Positions 1 to 10,461 of a DNA stretch of 64,000 nucleotides are shown here, one piece after another. Position 1 is the first letter of the stretch. The number at the start of each line of letters is the position of its first letter. The stretch is taken from assembly GCA_964202905.1 (NCBI GenBank), contig CAXNJO010000013.1, positions 64,001 to 128,000 of the forward strand, written 5' to 3'. The notes beneath the pieces are model-generated. The model did not search any database, was not told where the DNA came from, and saw only the letters and a program-made list of their open reading frames with translations. The position numbers were made by a program, and so were the translations under genes. Origin of the DNA: Polyangiales bacterium. Lineage in GTDB: Bacteria > Myxococcota_A > Polyangia > Polyangiales > JADJQN01.

Positions 1-371
1 TCGCGCGTTCCGCTCGGGTACTCGAACTCCCAGTTCCACTTCTTGGCGCGGACCCGGACTTCGAGGGAATTCGCGGGCGCGACCGCAGCGAACACGTAGC
101 TCTTGAAGCCCCAGTGGAAGAGCGCCGCAAGGAGGAGGAGCGGCGAGAACGTCCAGAACAGCTCGAGAGCGAGGTGCTTGCCACCGGGAGCCCGCGGCTT
201 CTCGCCCGGCTTTGCCCGGTATTTGAAGACGAAGAGCAGCATCGTACCGACGATCAGCGCGAACATCACCACGCTGATCCAGAAGATGAACTGGAAGAGC
301 CAGTCCACCTGCGGGGCGAGCGTCGAGGCGGCCTTGGGCAGCTGTCCGAAGATATCCGGGATGTGATCCAT
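1..371 (-). CDS. coxB: Cytochrome c oxidase subunit II, N-terminal part (runs off window)
   Basis: Manual translation MDHIPDIFGQLPKAASTLAPQVDWLF...LELFWT...AKKWNWEFEYP: two TM helices and the WxWxFxYP motif; follows SCO gene. Confidence 0.9.
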   Translation of the reverse strand, partial: MDHIPDIFGQLPKAASTLAPQVDWLFQFIFWISVVMFALIVGTMLLFVFKYRAKPGEKPRAPGGKHLALELFWTFSPLLLLAALFHWGFKSYVFAAVAPANSLEVRVRAKKWNWEFEYPSGTR

Positions 372-403
372 GACTTCGATTCCCCGTGTGTCTGGGAGTG
401 GAC

Positions 404-1279
404 TCAGGCTTCCGCAGCGAGCCGTGACGAATCGCGCCGGCGGCGCTCGAACCGCCACCAAAGCGCCGCGATGAACACGACCAGTGAACCGAGCGTGAGC
501 GCGCCGCCGAGCTTCATGACGCGCGACGCGAGCAACACGTACTCGGACCCCTGCGGGTCGTAGTGATAGCAGTAGAGGATGAGTTGCTCGATGGTGTTGA
601 TCGAGCGGCCCTCCGACGCTTCGAAGAGACCGATACGCACGTCGTTGGGGGCGAACTCGAGGCCATACAAGTAGCGCGCGATGAGACCGCGCGGCGTGAG
701 CAAGATGATGGCCGCGGGGTGTCCAAACTGCCCCTGCGCCTCGTCGAAGAAGTACCGAAAACCCACCGCGCCAGCGACCTTGCGGATGTTGGCCTCGTCT
801 CCGACGAGAAAGTGCCAGCCATCTCGCGCGGCCGGACGATCGTATTTCGCCAGAATACGGGCGCGCGTACGCGCTGCATCCGCCGGGCGGTCACGCGGAT
901 CGATGCTGAGGGTCACGACGTCGTACTCGTCGCCAGCGCCCCACGGGATCTGCGCGATCGACTTCACGACCGCGTCCTGCACCATGCTGCACAGCTGCGG
1001 GCAGGAGTGATAGGCGAGGTTGAGGAGCACCGGCTTGCGGCCGCTCACGAGGTCCGAGAGTTTGACCCGCTTCCCCGTGTGATCGCGGAAGGTCGCGTCG
1101 AGCGGCACCTGCGCGCGGAGGTGCTCGTCGACGCCGATTTGCTGGAGTTCTGGTGGCGTGCCCGACGGGATGATCGGACCGTTGTCGCGGACTCGTCCGT
1201 AGTACTGCGCATGCACGCCGGTCACCGCGAAGTGCGGGGCGAAGACGGCGGCAGCGAGAAAAAGGACGAGGGGACGCAT
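404..1279 (-). CDS. SCO family copper chaperone
   Basis: CPQLC (CxxxC) and conserved His (FGHPA); between act operon and coxB. Confidence 0.9.
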   Translation of the reverse strand: MRPLVLFLAAAVFAPHFAVTGVHAQYYGRVRDNGPIIPSGTPPELQQIGVDEHLRAQVPLDATFRDHTGKRVKLSDLVSGRKPVLLNLAYHSCPQLCSMVQDAVVKSIAQIPWGAGDEYDVVTLSIDPRDRPADAARTRARILAKYDRPAARDGWHFLVGDEANIRKVAGAVGFRYFFDEAQGQFGHPAAIILLTPRGLIARYLYGLEFAPNDVRIGLFEASEGRSINTIEQLILYCYHYDPQGSEYVLLASRVMKLGGALTLGSLVVFIAALWWRFERRRRDSSRLAAEA

Positions 1280-1296
1280 GGTGGGCGGGGATCCGC

Positions 1297-1833
1297 TCAG
1301 GGGTGTGCGGCCGGGGCCACCGCGGGCGCCGGTGGGGCTGCAGGTACCGCGACCGGTGCGGCGGTGGGGTCGACCGGGACGGCGCCGGGGGCGCCGGTCG
1401 GGTCAGCCGGCGCTGGAACAGCTGCCGCAGCCGCGGCGGCTGCCACCGACGGGTCGACCGCGCCGCGGTTGGCCGTGTGGACGAAAGCCGGGAGCGCGCT
1501 CCAGCCCTTGATGGCGTCGACCGCCGTGGACGGCTGCGGCGCCACGAGCGCGGGCGCCGCTTGACGGCCACGCGCCAGCTGCGCGAACACGCGGTCCATC
1601 GGGACGCCGCGCTCCTCGAGCAGGACGCGCTCGCGGGCGTGGATGGCTTCGAGTTCGACGGCGGGCTGAGTGAGGACCTTCACGCTCGTCTCGCTGGTGA
1701 ACATCGACTCGTAATACGAGTCGAACAGCGGCTTCAGGAGGACAAGCGTCACCACGACGAGGGCGGTGTAGAAGGCGATGAGCCGGTTGCGGGGCTGCGT
1801 GTTGTCGGCGCGCAGATGGAGGGGCGTGGACAT
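1297..1833 (-). CDS. Single-TM protein in act operon (possibly ActG-like)
   Basis: MSTPLHLRADNTQPRNRLIAFY..., one hydrophobic helix, Ala/Pro tail; position between actF and SCO. Confidence 0.55.
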   Translation of the reverse strand: MSTPLHLRADNTQPRNRLIAFYTALVVVTLVLLKPLFDSYYESMFTSETSVKVLTQPAVELEAIHARERVLLEERGVPMDRVFAQLARGRQAAPALVAPQPSTAVDAIKGWSALPAFVHTANRGAVDPSVAAAAAAAAVPAPADPTGAPGAVPVDPTAAPVAVPAAPPAPAVAPAAHP

Positions 1834-1846
1834 GCGCAGACTTCCT

Positions 1847-3257
1847 TCAGGCGTTGTGGAAGCGCATCGCGCGACCGATGCGAGGGTCGCCGACGGCCAC
1901 CAGCGAGTGGCGGGACATCTGCCAGAAGACGACGGCGAGGAAGGTGCCGACGACACCGAACAGACAAGAGATATCCATCCAGTGCGGCGAGAACCCTTCG
2001 GCCGCGTAGGGGATGACGAGCCAGTACACGTCGACGACGTGCATGACGAGCATCCAGCCCGCCCCGAAACCGAGGATGGCGAGACGGCGCTTCGCATTGC
2101 GCGAGATCAGGAGGAAGAAGGGCACGATGAAGTGTCCCACGAGCAGGGCGAGCGACACACCGCGCCAGCCCGCCGCCTCCCAGCGCAGATGGAAGAAGGT
2201 CGTCTCCTCCGGGATGCTCGCGTACCAGATCAGGACGAACTGGGAGAACCCGATATACGTCCAGAACACGGTGAAGCCGAACAACATTTTGCCGAGATCG
2301 TGGAAGTGCTCGGTGGTCACGGCGTTGCCGAGATAGCCCTGCGAACGTAGGCCGAGCCCGACGACGATCACGAGCGCGTGGATGGTGACCACTGCGCCAG
2401 CGAAGAGATACACGCCGTAGATGGTCGAGTACCAAGTCGGCTCGAGGGCCATCACCCAGTCGAATCCCGAAAACGTCAGCGTGATCGCAAAGAGCGCGAT
2501 GGCGGCCGGCGCGAGGCCCTGGAGCTTGCGCGTGATGGCGATGTCGCGCGACTTGTCCTGCTGTGTCGACCACGAGAACAGACGCCAGGCGAGAAACACC
2601 CACGTCAGGAAGTAGAAGACCGCGCGGCCTGTGAAGAAGGGCAGGTTGAGATACCAGCCCTTGAACTCGAGGATCTCGGCGTGCTGCGCGTGGAGCGCGG
2701 CTTCGTTGCCCTCCCAGGCCGCAGCCTCCGGGATCGGCATGTGGTCCTCGCCGACGCGCACGACGCCGCCCTCCTCGTGGCCACCCTCGCCGTGCGGCGC
2801 AGCGTGGTCGCCGCCACCACCGTGGTCACCGCCCCCGTGTTCCGCGGACGCGTGCTCGCCATGCCCGGTGTGACCAATCCACGGGTAGAGCGTGTCGAGC
2901 GAGAGGGCGATGGGAATGAAGAGCACAGGGAGAGTGAACATCCCCGTCAGGAAGAATTCAGCGGTGCGCCGTACGGTCACGCTCCAGCCCGACGCCCGTC
3001 AGGAACTGCACGAGCACGAAGAACATCGCGCCCAAGCCGAGGGAGAGGGACGACCATGAAGGCGAAGAGCCAGCTGAACGCGAAGCGCTGCGCGGCGGCG
3101 ATCGAAAAGCCTGCGCCCGCGCCTGCGAGCCCGAGCACGGCGAAGACGGCCATGACCTTCCACGCCTGTTCGCCAAGCGCCCGTCGCCGGAATCCGGAAA
3201 GCGGTACTCCGCCTTCGACGACGTCGCGGTCGCCGCGGTGGGGGATGCGGTGCTCAC
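1847..3257 (-). CDS. actF: Alternative complex III membrane subunit ActF (frameshifted in 5' part)
   Basis: Polytopic membrane protein with FDWVMALEPTWYSTIYG and HFHDLGK..FGF motifs; N-terminus split over frames around 2980-3200. Confidence 0.8.
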
Positions 3258-3858
3258 GGTGTGCCTCCACGGGGACGTTGGCCTGGCTGATCTGCAGGGC
3301 GCGCACGTACGAGACGATCGCCCACCGGTCGTCGGTCGGGATCTGCGCGTAGTAACCCGGCATGTTGCGAACTCCGTTCGTGATGGTCGCGTAGAGCTGG
3401 CCATCGGGCATGTGACGGATTCGGTCTTGGTGATACGAGGGTGGGGCCAACATCCCGCGGGCGACGACGATGCCCTTCCCGTCACCGGTGCGGCCGTGAC
3501 AAGGGGTGCAGTAGATGTCGTACCGCTCCTGCCCGCGCAAAAGCATCGCCTCGTTGCCGCCGAAGCGGGCCGAGACCTCCTCGGGGGCGGTGAGCAGGTA
3601 GGTGAGGCCGTCCTCGAGCCGGCCCGTCTCGATGCGGGGGTCGGTTTCCATCTCGCGGGAGACCGCGCCGGCGACCTGCGGACGCATCATGCGCCCATCC
3701 GGGAAGAAGGCGCTGCGCCCTTGGTTCTCGTAGCGGGGCTGGTCGTGCATGTTGCGGATGCCGCCGATGGGCTCCTGCTTCGAGGTCGCGCCACGACAGC
3801 CGACCAGGGCCGTCGCGAGCAGGAAGACACTCGAAACGATGGCGATGCGCCTGCTCAC
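3254..3858 (-). CDS. actE: Alternative complex III monoheme cytochrome c lipoprotein ActE
   Basis: Lipobox LVGC, MHDQP motif, CTPCH heme motif; likely indel near 3270 moves the stop. Confidence 0.85.
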
Positions 3859-4461
3859 GACGGGTACTCCTCGACGAGCTCGAGGTGCGCGGGGGTCGTC
3901 CCCTCGAGCAGCAAGCGCGTCTTCTTGAGGTCGAACTTCGGATCCGAGGCGTCCACGGAAAGGAAGAATCGGTCGTCAGTGGCGCGCGCGAAGCGCTCCG
4001 ACTCGAAGACCGGGTGGTGGTGCCGCGGGAGCTGACAGAGACCGAACATCCCGAACACCGCACCGAACGCGGAGAGGAGGATGGTGAGCTCGAAGCATCA
4101 CCGGCACGCATCGACGGGAATCGCATCGGGGGGTTTTCCGCCGATGACGAGCGGATAATCGATGCCGTTCATCCAGGTCATCATCACGAAACCGGTGAGA
4201 CAGCCCGCGAGCCCGAGAACGAGGACGATCCAGCCGAGCGGCGTGTCGCGCAGCCCCATGGCCTTGTCCATCCCGTGCACCGGATACGGGGTGTGCGCAT
4301 CGAACTTCGTGTAGCCCGCGTCGCGGAGCTTCTCGGCCGCACTCGACGCAGGCGTCGGGGGTCTCGTACTCGGCGAGGTAGCAGCGCGGCGATCCGGTCC
4401 GCCGCAGACGGCCTCGCCGTCCGCGTTCGTCATGGCTTCTGTCGTCGACAGAGGTCGTCAT
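3855..4461 (-). CDS. actD: Alternative complex III subunit ActD (DUF3341), frameshifted
   Basis: Fragments in several frames: DAHTPYPVHGMD, DYPLVIGGKP, HPVFESERFARATDDRFFL. Confidence 0.8.
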
Positions 4462-4465
4462 GCTC

Positions 4466-5959
4466 TCACTCCGCCGGAACGGCCGCAGCCGAGCCGTCGT
4501 GACCGTGGTCGTCCGCGTCGTGGCGGGCGTGGCCCGCGTGGGGATGGGCGTTGGGCAGCGTGGCCTTGACCTCCGCGAGCGCGATCATCGGCAGCCACCG
4601 CAGGAAGAGCAGGAACAGCGAGAAGAAGAGCCCGAAGGTCCCGATGTAGATGCCCATGTCCCACATGGTCGGGCTGAACAGTAGCCCCACGACGCCGGGA
4701 GATAGTCGCGGTGCAGCGTCGTCACGATGATGACGAAGCGCTCGAACCACATGCCGATGTTGATAAGGATGGAGACGACGAACATCAGCGGGGATGCTCG
4801 TGCGCATGCGCTTGAACCAGAAGACCTGCGGGAAGATCACGTTGCACGCGATCATCGACCAGTAGGCCCACGCGTAAGGGCCCGTGGCGCGGTTGAGGAA
4901 GACGTACCGCTCGTACTGGTTGCCCGAGTAGTAGGCGACGAAGAACTCCATCGCGTACGCGTACCCGACGAGGCTTCCCGTCGTGAGCATGATTTTGTTC
5001 ATCAGCTCGAGGTGCTTCATCGTCACGACGTCCTTCATACCGAAGACCGCGCGGCAGATGAGCATCAGCGTGAGCACCATCGCGAAGCCGCTGAACACGG
5101 CGCCGGCGACGAAGTACGGCGGGAAGATCGTCGTGTGCCAGCCGGGCTCGACCGACGTGGCGAAGTCGAACGACACGATGGAGTGCACGGAGAGGACGAG
5201 CGGCGTCGAGAGCCCGGCGAGAATGAGATAGGCGCGCTCGTAGTGCTGCCAGTGACGGTTGCTTCCGCGCCAGCCCACGGAGAAGAAGCCGTACGCGAAG
5301 CGCCGGATCTTCTGCGGGAGCGCGTTGCCCGTCGAGCGGTCACGCAGCGTCGCGAGATCGGGGATGAGCCCGATGAACCAGAAGAGCGCCGAGACGGTGA
5401 AGTACGTGGAGACCGCGAAGATGTCCCACATGAGCGGGCTCTTGAACTGCGGCCACAGGACCATCTGGTTGGGGAGCGGGAACATGTAGTAGTCGAACCA
5501 AGGCCGACCGGTGTGCAGGCCCGGGAAGATACCCGCACACATGACCGCGAAGATCGTCATGGCTTCGGCGAAGCGGTTGATGCTCGTGCGCCACTTCTGC
5601 CGGAACAGGAAGAGGATCGCGCTGATGAGCGTGCCGGCGTGGCCGATACCAATCCACCAGACGAAGTTCGTGATGTCCCAGGCCCAACCGACTGGGCTGT
5701 TGTTGCCCCAGACGCCGACGCCCTTGAAGAGGAGCCACGCGACCGATGCGCCCAGAATGCCTGCCACCGACACGGCGAGACCGAACGCGATCCACCACGC
5801 GCGCGGGGTCTTGTTCTCCGTCGGCGCGCAGATGGTGTCAGTCAACTCCCGCATCGTGATCGTCGGCGGGAGAAGGTTGCGCTCCCCGAGATACTCGATC
5901 GGCGCCTCGGCGCCGTGCGCGAGCTCTTCCTCGACGGGGGTGAAATGCACGTCACTCAT
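4466..5959 (-). CDS. actC: Alternative complex III NrfD-like quinol oxidase subunit ActC
   Basis: [25 protein letters not shown] and HSIVSFDFA motifs; compensating indels near 4685-4790 ([10 protein letters not shown] out of frame). Confidence 0.92.
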   Translation of the reverse strand: MSDVHFTPVEEELAHGAEAPIEYLGERNLLPPTITMRELTDTICAPTENKTPRAWWIAFGLAVSVAGILGASVAWLLFKGVGVWGNNSPVGWAWDITNFVWWIGIGHAGTLISAILFLFRQKWRTSINRFAEAMTIFAVMCAGIFPGLHTGRPWFDYYMFPLPNQMVLWPQFKSPLMWDIFAVSTYFTVSALFWFIGLIPDLATLRDRSTGNALPQKIRRFAYGFFSVGWRGSNRHWQHYERAYLILAGLSTPLVLSVHSIVSFDFATSVEPGWHTTIFPPYFVAGAVFSGFAMVLTLMLICRAVFGMKDVVTMKHLELMNKIMLTTGSLVGYAYAMEFFVAYYSGNQYERYVFLNRATGPYAWAYWSMIACNVIFPQVFWFKRMRTSIPADVRRLHPYQHRHVVRALRHHRDDAAPRLSPGVVGLLFSPTMWDMGIYIGTFGLFFSLFLLFLRWLPMIALAEVKATLPNAHPHAGHARHDADDHGHDGSAAAVPAE

Positions 5960-8900
5960 GCCGACATCTCCGGGTTCGGATTGCGGACCTTGCCGAGGAA
6001 GGTCGTGCGCGGCTGCGCGCCGACCTCTGCCAAGAGCTTGTAGTGCCGCGAGATCTGGTTCGCGCGGGACACGCGGCTCGCCGCATCGTTCAGGTCACCG
6101 AAGACGATGGCCTGCGCCGGACAGGCCTGCGCGCAGGCGGGATTGATGTCGCCATCGCGGAGACCACGACCCGCGACCTTCGTCGCGATGCGCGCCATCT
6201 CGATGCGCTGCACGCAGTACGTGCACTTCTCCATCACGCCGCGCATGCGCACGGTGACGTTCGGGTTGAACTGCAGGCGCTTCGTCTCGGGGACCTCGCC
6301 CGATGCCTCATGGTTGGTGTGCCAGTTCAGGTAGTTGAAACGGCGCGCCTTGTACGGGCAATTGTTGGCGCAGTACCGCGTGCCGATGCAGCGGTTGTAC
6401 GCCATGTCGTTGAGGCCTTCCGGGGAGTGCGCGGTCGCCTCGACGGGACACACGTTCTCGCAGGGCGCCTCCTCACACTGCTGGCAGCCGAGCGGCTGGA
6501 ACGAGACCTCCGGTTGGTTCTCGTCCTCGCCCACGAAGTAGCGGTCGATGCGCAGCCAGTGCATCTCGCGGCCGCGCGCGACCATCTCCTTGCCGACGGT
6601 CGGGATGTTGTTCTCCGACTGGCACGCGATCACACACGTGTTGCAACCCGTGCATGCGCTGAGGTCGATGACGAGGCCCCACTTGTGACCGACGTACTCG
6701 ACCTCGCGCCAGAGCGGGAGCGCGCGCGGCATCGGCGAGCGCTGGATCGCGAACGTCGGATTCGCCTTGTATTCCTCGAGGGTCGCGTCGATCGCGATCG
6801 GGCGGCCCTCCATGGAGTTGTGATCCTGCGTCTGCGAGATGGGGTGTTTGCCGCCCGCCTTCTGAATCTCGACCGGTGCCGCGTGCAGCGCATCGGAGCG
6901 GCGAAGAGGGAAGACATCGAAGCCGACGTCGCGGCCATAGCGCCCCGTGTGCTTGCGCCCCCAGCCCATCAGCAACCCCACCGACTTCTCCGGCTGGCCG
7001 GGCAGTCGCCAAGCGGGGAGTTCGACCGTGGCGCCTTCGCGTGTGACGCGGATCAGATCGCCGTCGCGGACCCCCAGTTGCTCCGCGGACTTCGGCGCGA
7101 GGAGCGCGACGTTGTCCCAGGTGATGCGGGTCATCGGGTCCGGCAGTTCGAGGAGCCACGCGTTGTTCGCGTGACGCCCGTCGAGCAGCTTCGGATCGGC
7201 GAGGAACACCGCCTCAAATCCGTCAGCCGCCGCGGGCGCTGCGCCGAGCGCGGCGCCGATGCGCGAGCCCTCCACCGGAAGGAGCCGGGGCGACTCGGCC
7301 GTGCCCGGCACGAAGCCGCGGTGGAGCACACGGCGCCACTCTGCCTCGAAGCCCACGGTGCCGAAATTCGGGAGGGCGCGCAGCGTCTGGCGGACGAGGT
7401 AATAGCCGCGCCAGTTGCGCTCACCTGCGAGTTGCGCGAGCACCTCGACGTCGCTGCGGCCACCGAACATCGGCGAGATGAGCGGCTGCTGGATCGAGAT
7501 CGTCCCGTCGAGGCCGCGAAGGTCGCCCCACGACTCGAGTTCGTGACCGCGCGGCACATGCCACTTCGTCACGTGGCTGGTCTCGTCACGGAAGCCCGAG
7601 ACGTGGATGGACAGCTCGACGCGCGCGAGTTTGCCCGCGAGGTCGAGGTCGGCCGGCGCGTCGAACACAGGATTGCCGCCGAGGATGAGGGCGGTCTTCG
7701 CCGTCGCGAGGCCCTCCGCGAAGGCGCGGATGCTCGCGAGTTGGTCGCCCTCCCCTGGATCCGCGGGGCTCGTGAAGCTGATCGTCGTACCGTGGCTTGC
7801 CGAGCGCCGCGTTGAGGGCGTGCACGAGCGCGTGCACGGACGCGGGTTGCCGGCTGCCGGCCACGATGACGCCGCGACCGCGGGCGCCCGCGAGTTCCTG
7901 CGCGACCGTGGCAATCCACTTCGCGGGGATACCGTCCGCGTTCGCGCCCTGCACGCTCGCGCCGAGCGCGCCCAACTCCAGGCGGTGCGCGGTGGCGAGT
8001 TGCTTCGCCAACGCACGCACGTAGGCGGCGACCTTCGAAGGCGCGAGCGCGAGACGGTGGTCGGCGTTGGCTCCCGTGGTGGAGTGGGTCGACTCGACGA
8101 CGTAGAGGCGGCTCATCGTGTCGGTCGGCTGCGTGATCCGGCGCCCGTCGGCGAACCGACGCGTGGCGCGGATCGAGGCGCTCTCCGTCTGGAGGAAATC
8201 CGCGTCGACCGAGAGGATGACGCGCGCGCCCTGGTAGTCGTGATGGGCGACGAGCGGCTCACCGAAGGCGATGCGCGCGCCCTCGCGCGCGTTTGACTCG
8301 TTCACGGGCGTCCACGCGTGGAACTTCGCCTGCGGGAACTTCTGCATCATCGCGGTGCGCAAACGCAGGAACGAGGGCGAGATGGACGGCGCCGCGAGGA
8401 TTCGAAGCCCGGCGCCGGAGTCGACTGCATGCGTGCGCGCGACCTGCGCGAGCAGGGCATCGACGTCGGCGAAGGTCTTGTCCGTCTCGCCCTGCCGAGG
8501 GCCGTTGGAGCGGTCCGGATCGTAGAGGTCGAGTACCAGAGCCTGCGCGAGCAGGTCGGTTGCGCCCAAGCTCGCCGGATGGTCGGGGTTGCCCTCGATC
8601 TTGGTGGGCCGACCCTCGAAGGAGGTGACCAGCAGACCGAGCGCCTCACCGCGCCGCTCGACGGCGGTGGCGTAGTGCATCGGCACGCCCGGATTAAGGT
8701 ACTCGGGCGCCTGCGAGTAGGGCAGGATTTGCTCGGCGGGACGCCGCACGCAGCCTTCGATGCCGATCGCGGCGGCCGTGGCGGTCGCGACGGTCAGGAA
8801 GCCGCGGCGGGAGACCTGCCCCGCCTCCTCCGACCCGCCGACGCCGAGCGGAAACTCCGGCTCGGCGGCGCGGGCGTGGGCGGCAGGCGCGAGCTTCTCG

Positions 8901-8971
8901 TCGAGGCTCTTCCAGATGGATTTCGCCGCGGCGGGCGCGGCAGCGAAGGTGTATTTCTCACGCTTGCTCAT
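5956..8971 (-). CDS. actB: Alternative complex III subunit ActB (Tat, molybdopterin-like plus 4Fe-4S), one frameshift near 7795
   Basis: SRRGFL Tat motif, [52 protein letters not shown]. Confidence 0.92.
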
Positions 8972-9603
8972 CGGTGACACCCCGAGCAGTTCTCTGGCGG
9001 ATGGACATTCGCAGCGAGCGCCTGGACGGCTTGCTCGTCGGTGGTCTGCTCCCAGGCCATGTTCGTGATCTGGTCGCGCGGACGGAGGTGCGGTCCGGGG
9101 TTGCGGTGGCAGTCGAGGCACCAGCCCATGCTGAGCGGCTCTTGCACCGACACGACCTCCATCTGGTCGACGCGACCGTGGCAGCTCGTGCAACCCACAC
9201 CGGCATTGAGATGGGCCGAGTGGTTGAAGTAAGCGTGGTCTGCGACCTTGTGGACGCGGACCCACTCGACCGGGGCGCCGCTCTCCCAGCTGTCACGGAC
9301 CCGCTGCAGGCGCGGCGACTGCGCCTTCACGAGTGAGTGGCAACCCATGCAGGTCTGGGTCGGTGGGACCATCGCTTCCGCCGACCGCTCGACGTTCGCG
9401 TGGCAGTACCGGCAGTCCATGCCCAGTTGACCCGCGTGGAGGCGGTGGCTGTAGGGCACCGGCTGCTCGGGGGCGTAGCCGACCTGCAGGTTCTTCGGGG
9501 AGAGGTAGTACCAGACGATGCCGGTCACCGCGCCGCCGGCCACGAACGTGACGAGCGCCAGCGCGAGCGGAAGGATGTTGAGTGTTTTGGGGAAGATCTG
9601 CAT
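8968..9603 (-). CDS. actA: Alternative complex III pentaheme cytochrome c ActA
   Basis: Five CxxCH motifs (CRYCH, CMGCH, CTSCH, CLDCH, CSGCH), QPVPYSH, N-terminal TM. Confidence 0.92.
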   Translation of the reverse strand: MQIFPKTLNILPLALALVTFVAGGAVTGIVWYYLSPKNLQVGYAPEQPVPYSHRLHAGQLGMDCRYCHANVERSAEAMVPPTQTCMGCHSLVKAQSPRLQRVRDSWESGAPVEWVRVHKVADHAYFNHSAHLNAGVGCTSCHGRVDQMEVVSVQEPLSMGWCLDCHRNPGPHLRPRDQITNMAWEQTTDEQAVQALAANVHPPENCSGCHR

Positions 9604-9787
9604 GAGGCCTTCGCTCCGGTGGGGGGATGCGTAGGAGCTGCGCGGGGAATGCGCGGGGAGCCTTGGTTCGCGCGGATGGGAGACGAACTTCGCGAGCCCG
9701 CAGGGTGCTCGGAGGGGGTCGGCCGCTCGGGGCGCGGCGCCCTTATACGAGACCTCTTCGAGGCGCACAACCTCGAAGCGGGGAGTT

Positions 9788-10297
9788 TCAGTGGGGCCGG
9801 GCGCTGAGGAGGGCGCGGACCTCTGCGGCGTGCGTGGGGCAGTCCCTCGCAAGGATGCTGAGAGACACCGTTTGATCGGGCTTCTGCGAGCGGGAGGACA
9901 CCGAGGCGTCACGGACCTGGAGCGCGGGCCCGCGGGCGGCTGGGCTCGCATCCGGAACGATCGCGCGGATCGCGACGACGAGTCCCGCGTGCAGCTCGAA
10001 GCGAACTTCGCGTGGCGCGGAGGCACCGGGCGCACCGGGCATCGGCTCCCACGCGAGGGTGAGGTCTCCAGCGCCCGTCACGCCCGCCGCAGCGCGGAAG
10101 CGGCCTCCACCGGGGGGCTGGAAGGCCACGCGTAGCTGGCTCGCCGTCTGACCGAGCCGCGCGCCGTGAAGCGAGGCGGGCTCCCCAGCGGAATTGCCGA
10201 GGAGCAGGGACGCGACAGACCAGCCGCTTGCGCCCACGAGCGCAGTGGTGATCACGACTGCGACCGACGCCATCCGAGACACCGCCATGGCACCCAT
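9788..10297 (-). CDS. Hypothetical exported protein
   Basis: 169-aa ORF with N-terminal hydrophobic segment filling the gap between actA and the kinase. Confidence 0.5.
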   Translation of the reverse strand: MGAMAVSRMASVAVVITTALVGASGWSVASLLLGNSAGEPASLHGARLGQTASQLRVAFQPPGGGRFRAAAGVTGAGDLTLAWEPMPGAPGASAPREVRFELHAGLVVAIRAIVPDASPAARGPALQVRDASVSSRSQKPDQTVSLSILARDCPTHAAEVRALLSARPH

Positions 10298-10461
10298 CCT
10301 TGCCGGTGCGGAGACGGCGCACCTGCGCGGTCCGGCACGGCCTTTGGTCGACGAGGACGTCTATCCGCCGCGTGTGCGGGGCGGTCAAGCGTGGCGTCCC
10401 GCCCCGCGACGGCCCGCCGCGGCACTCGCGCGCCCCCCGCGAATCGTGGCACCCTCGGCCC

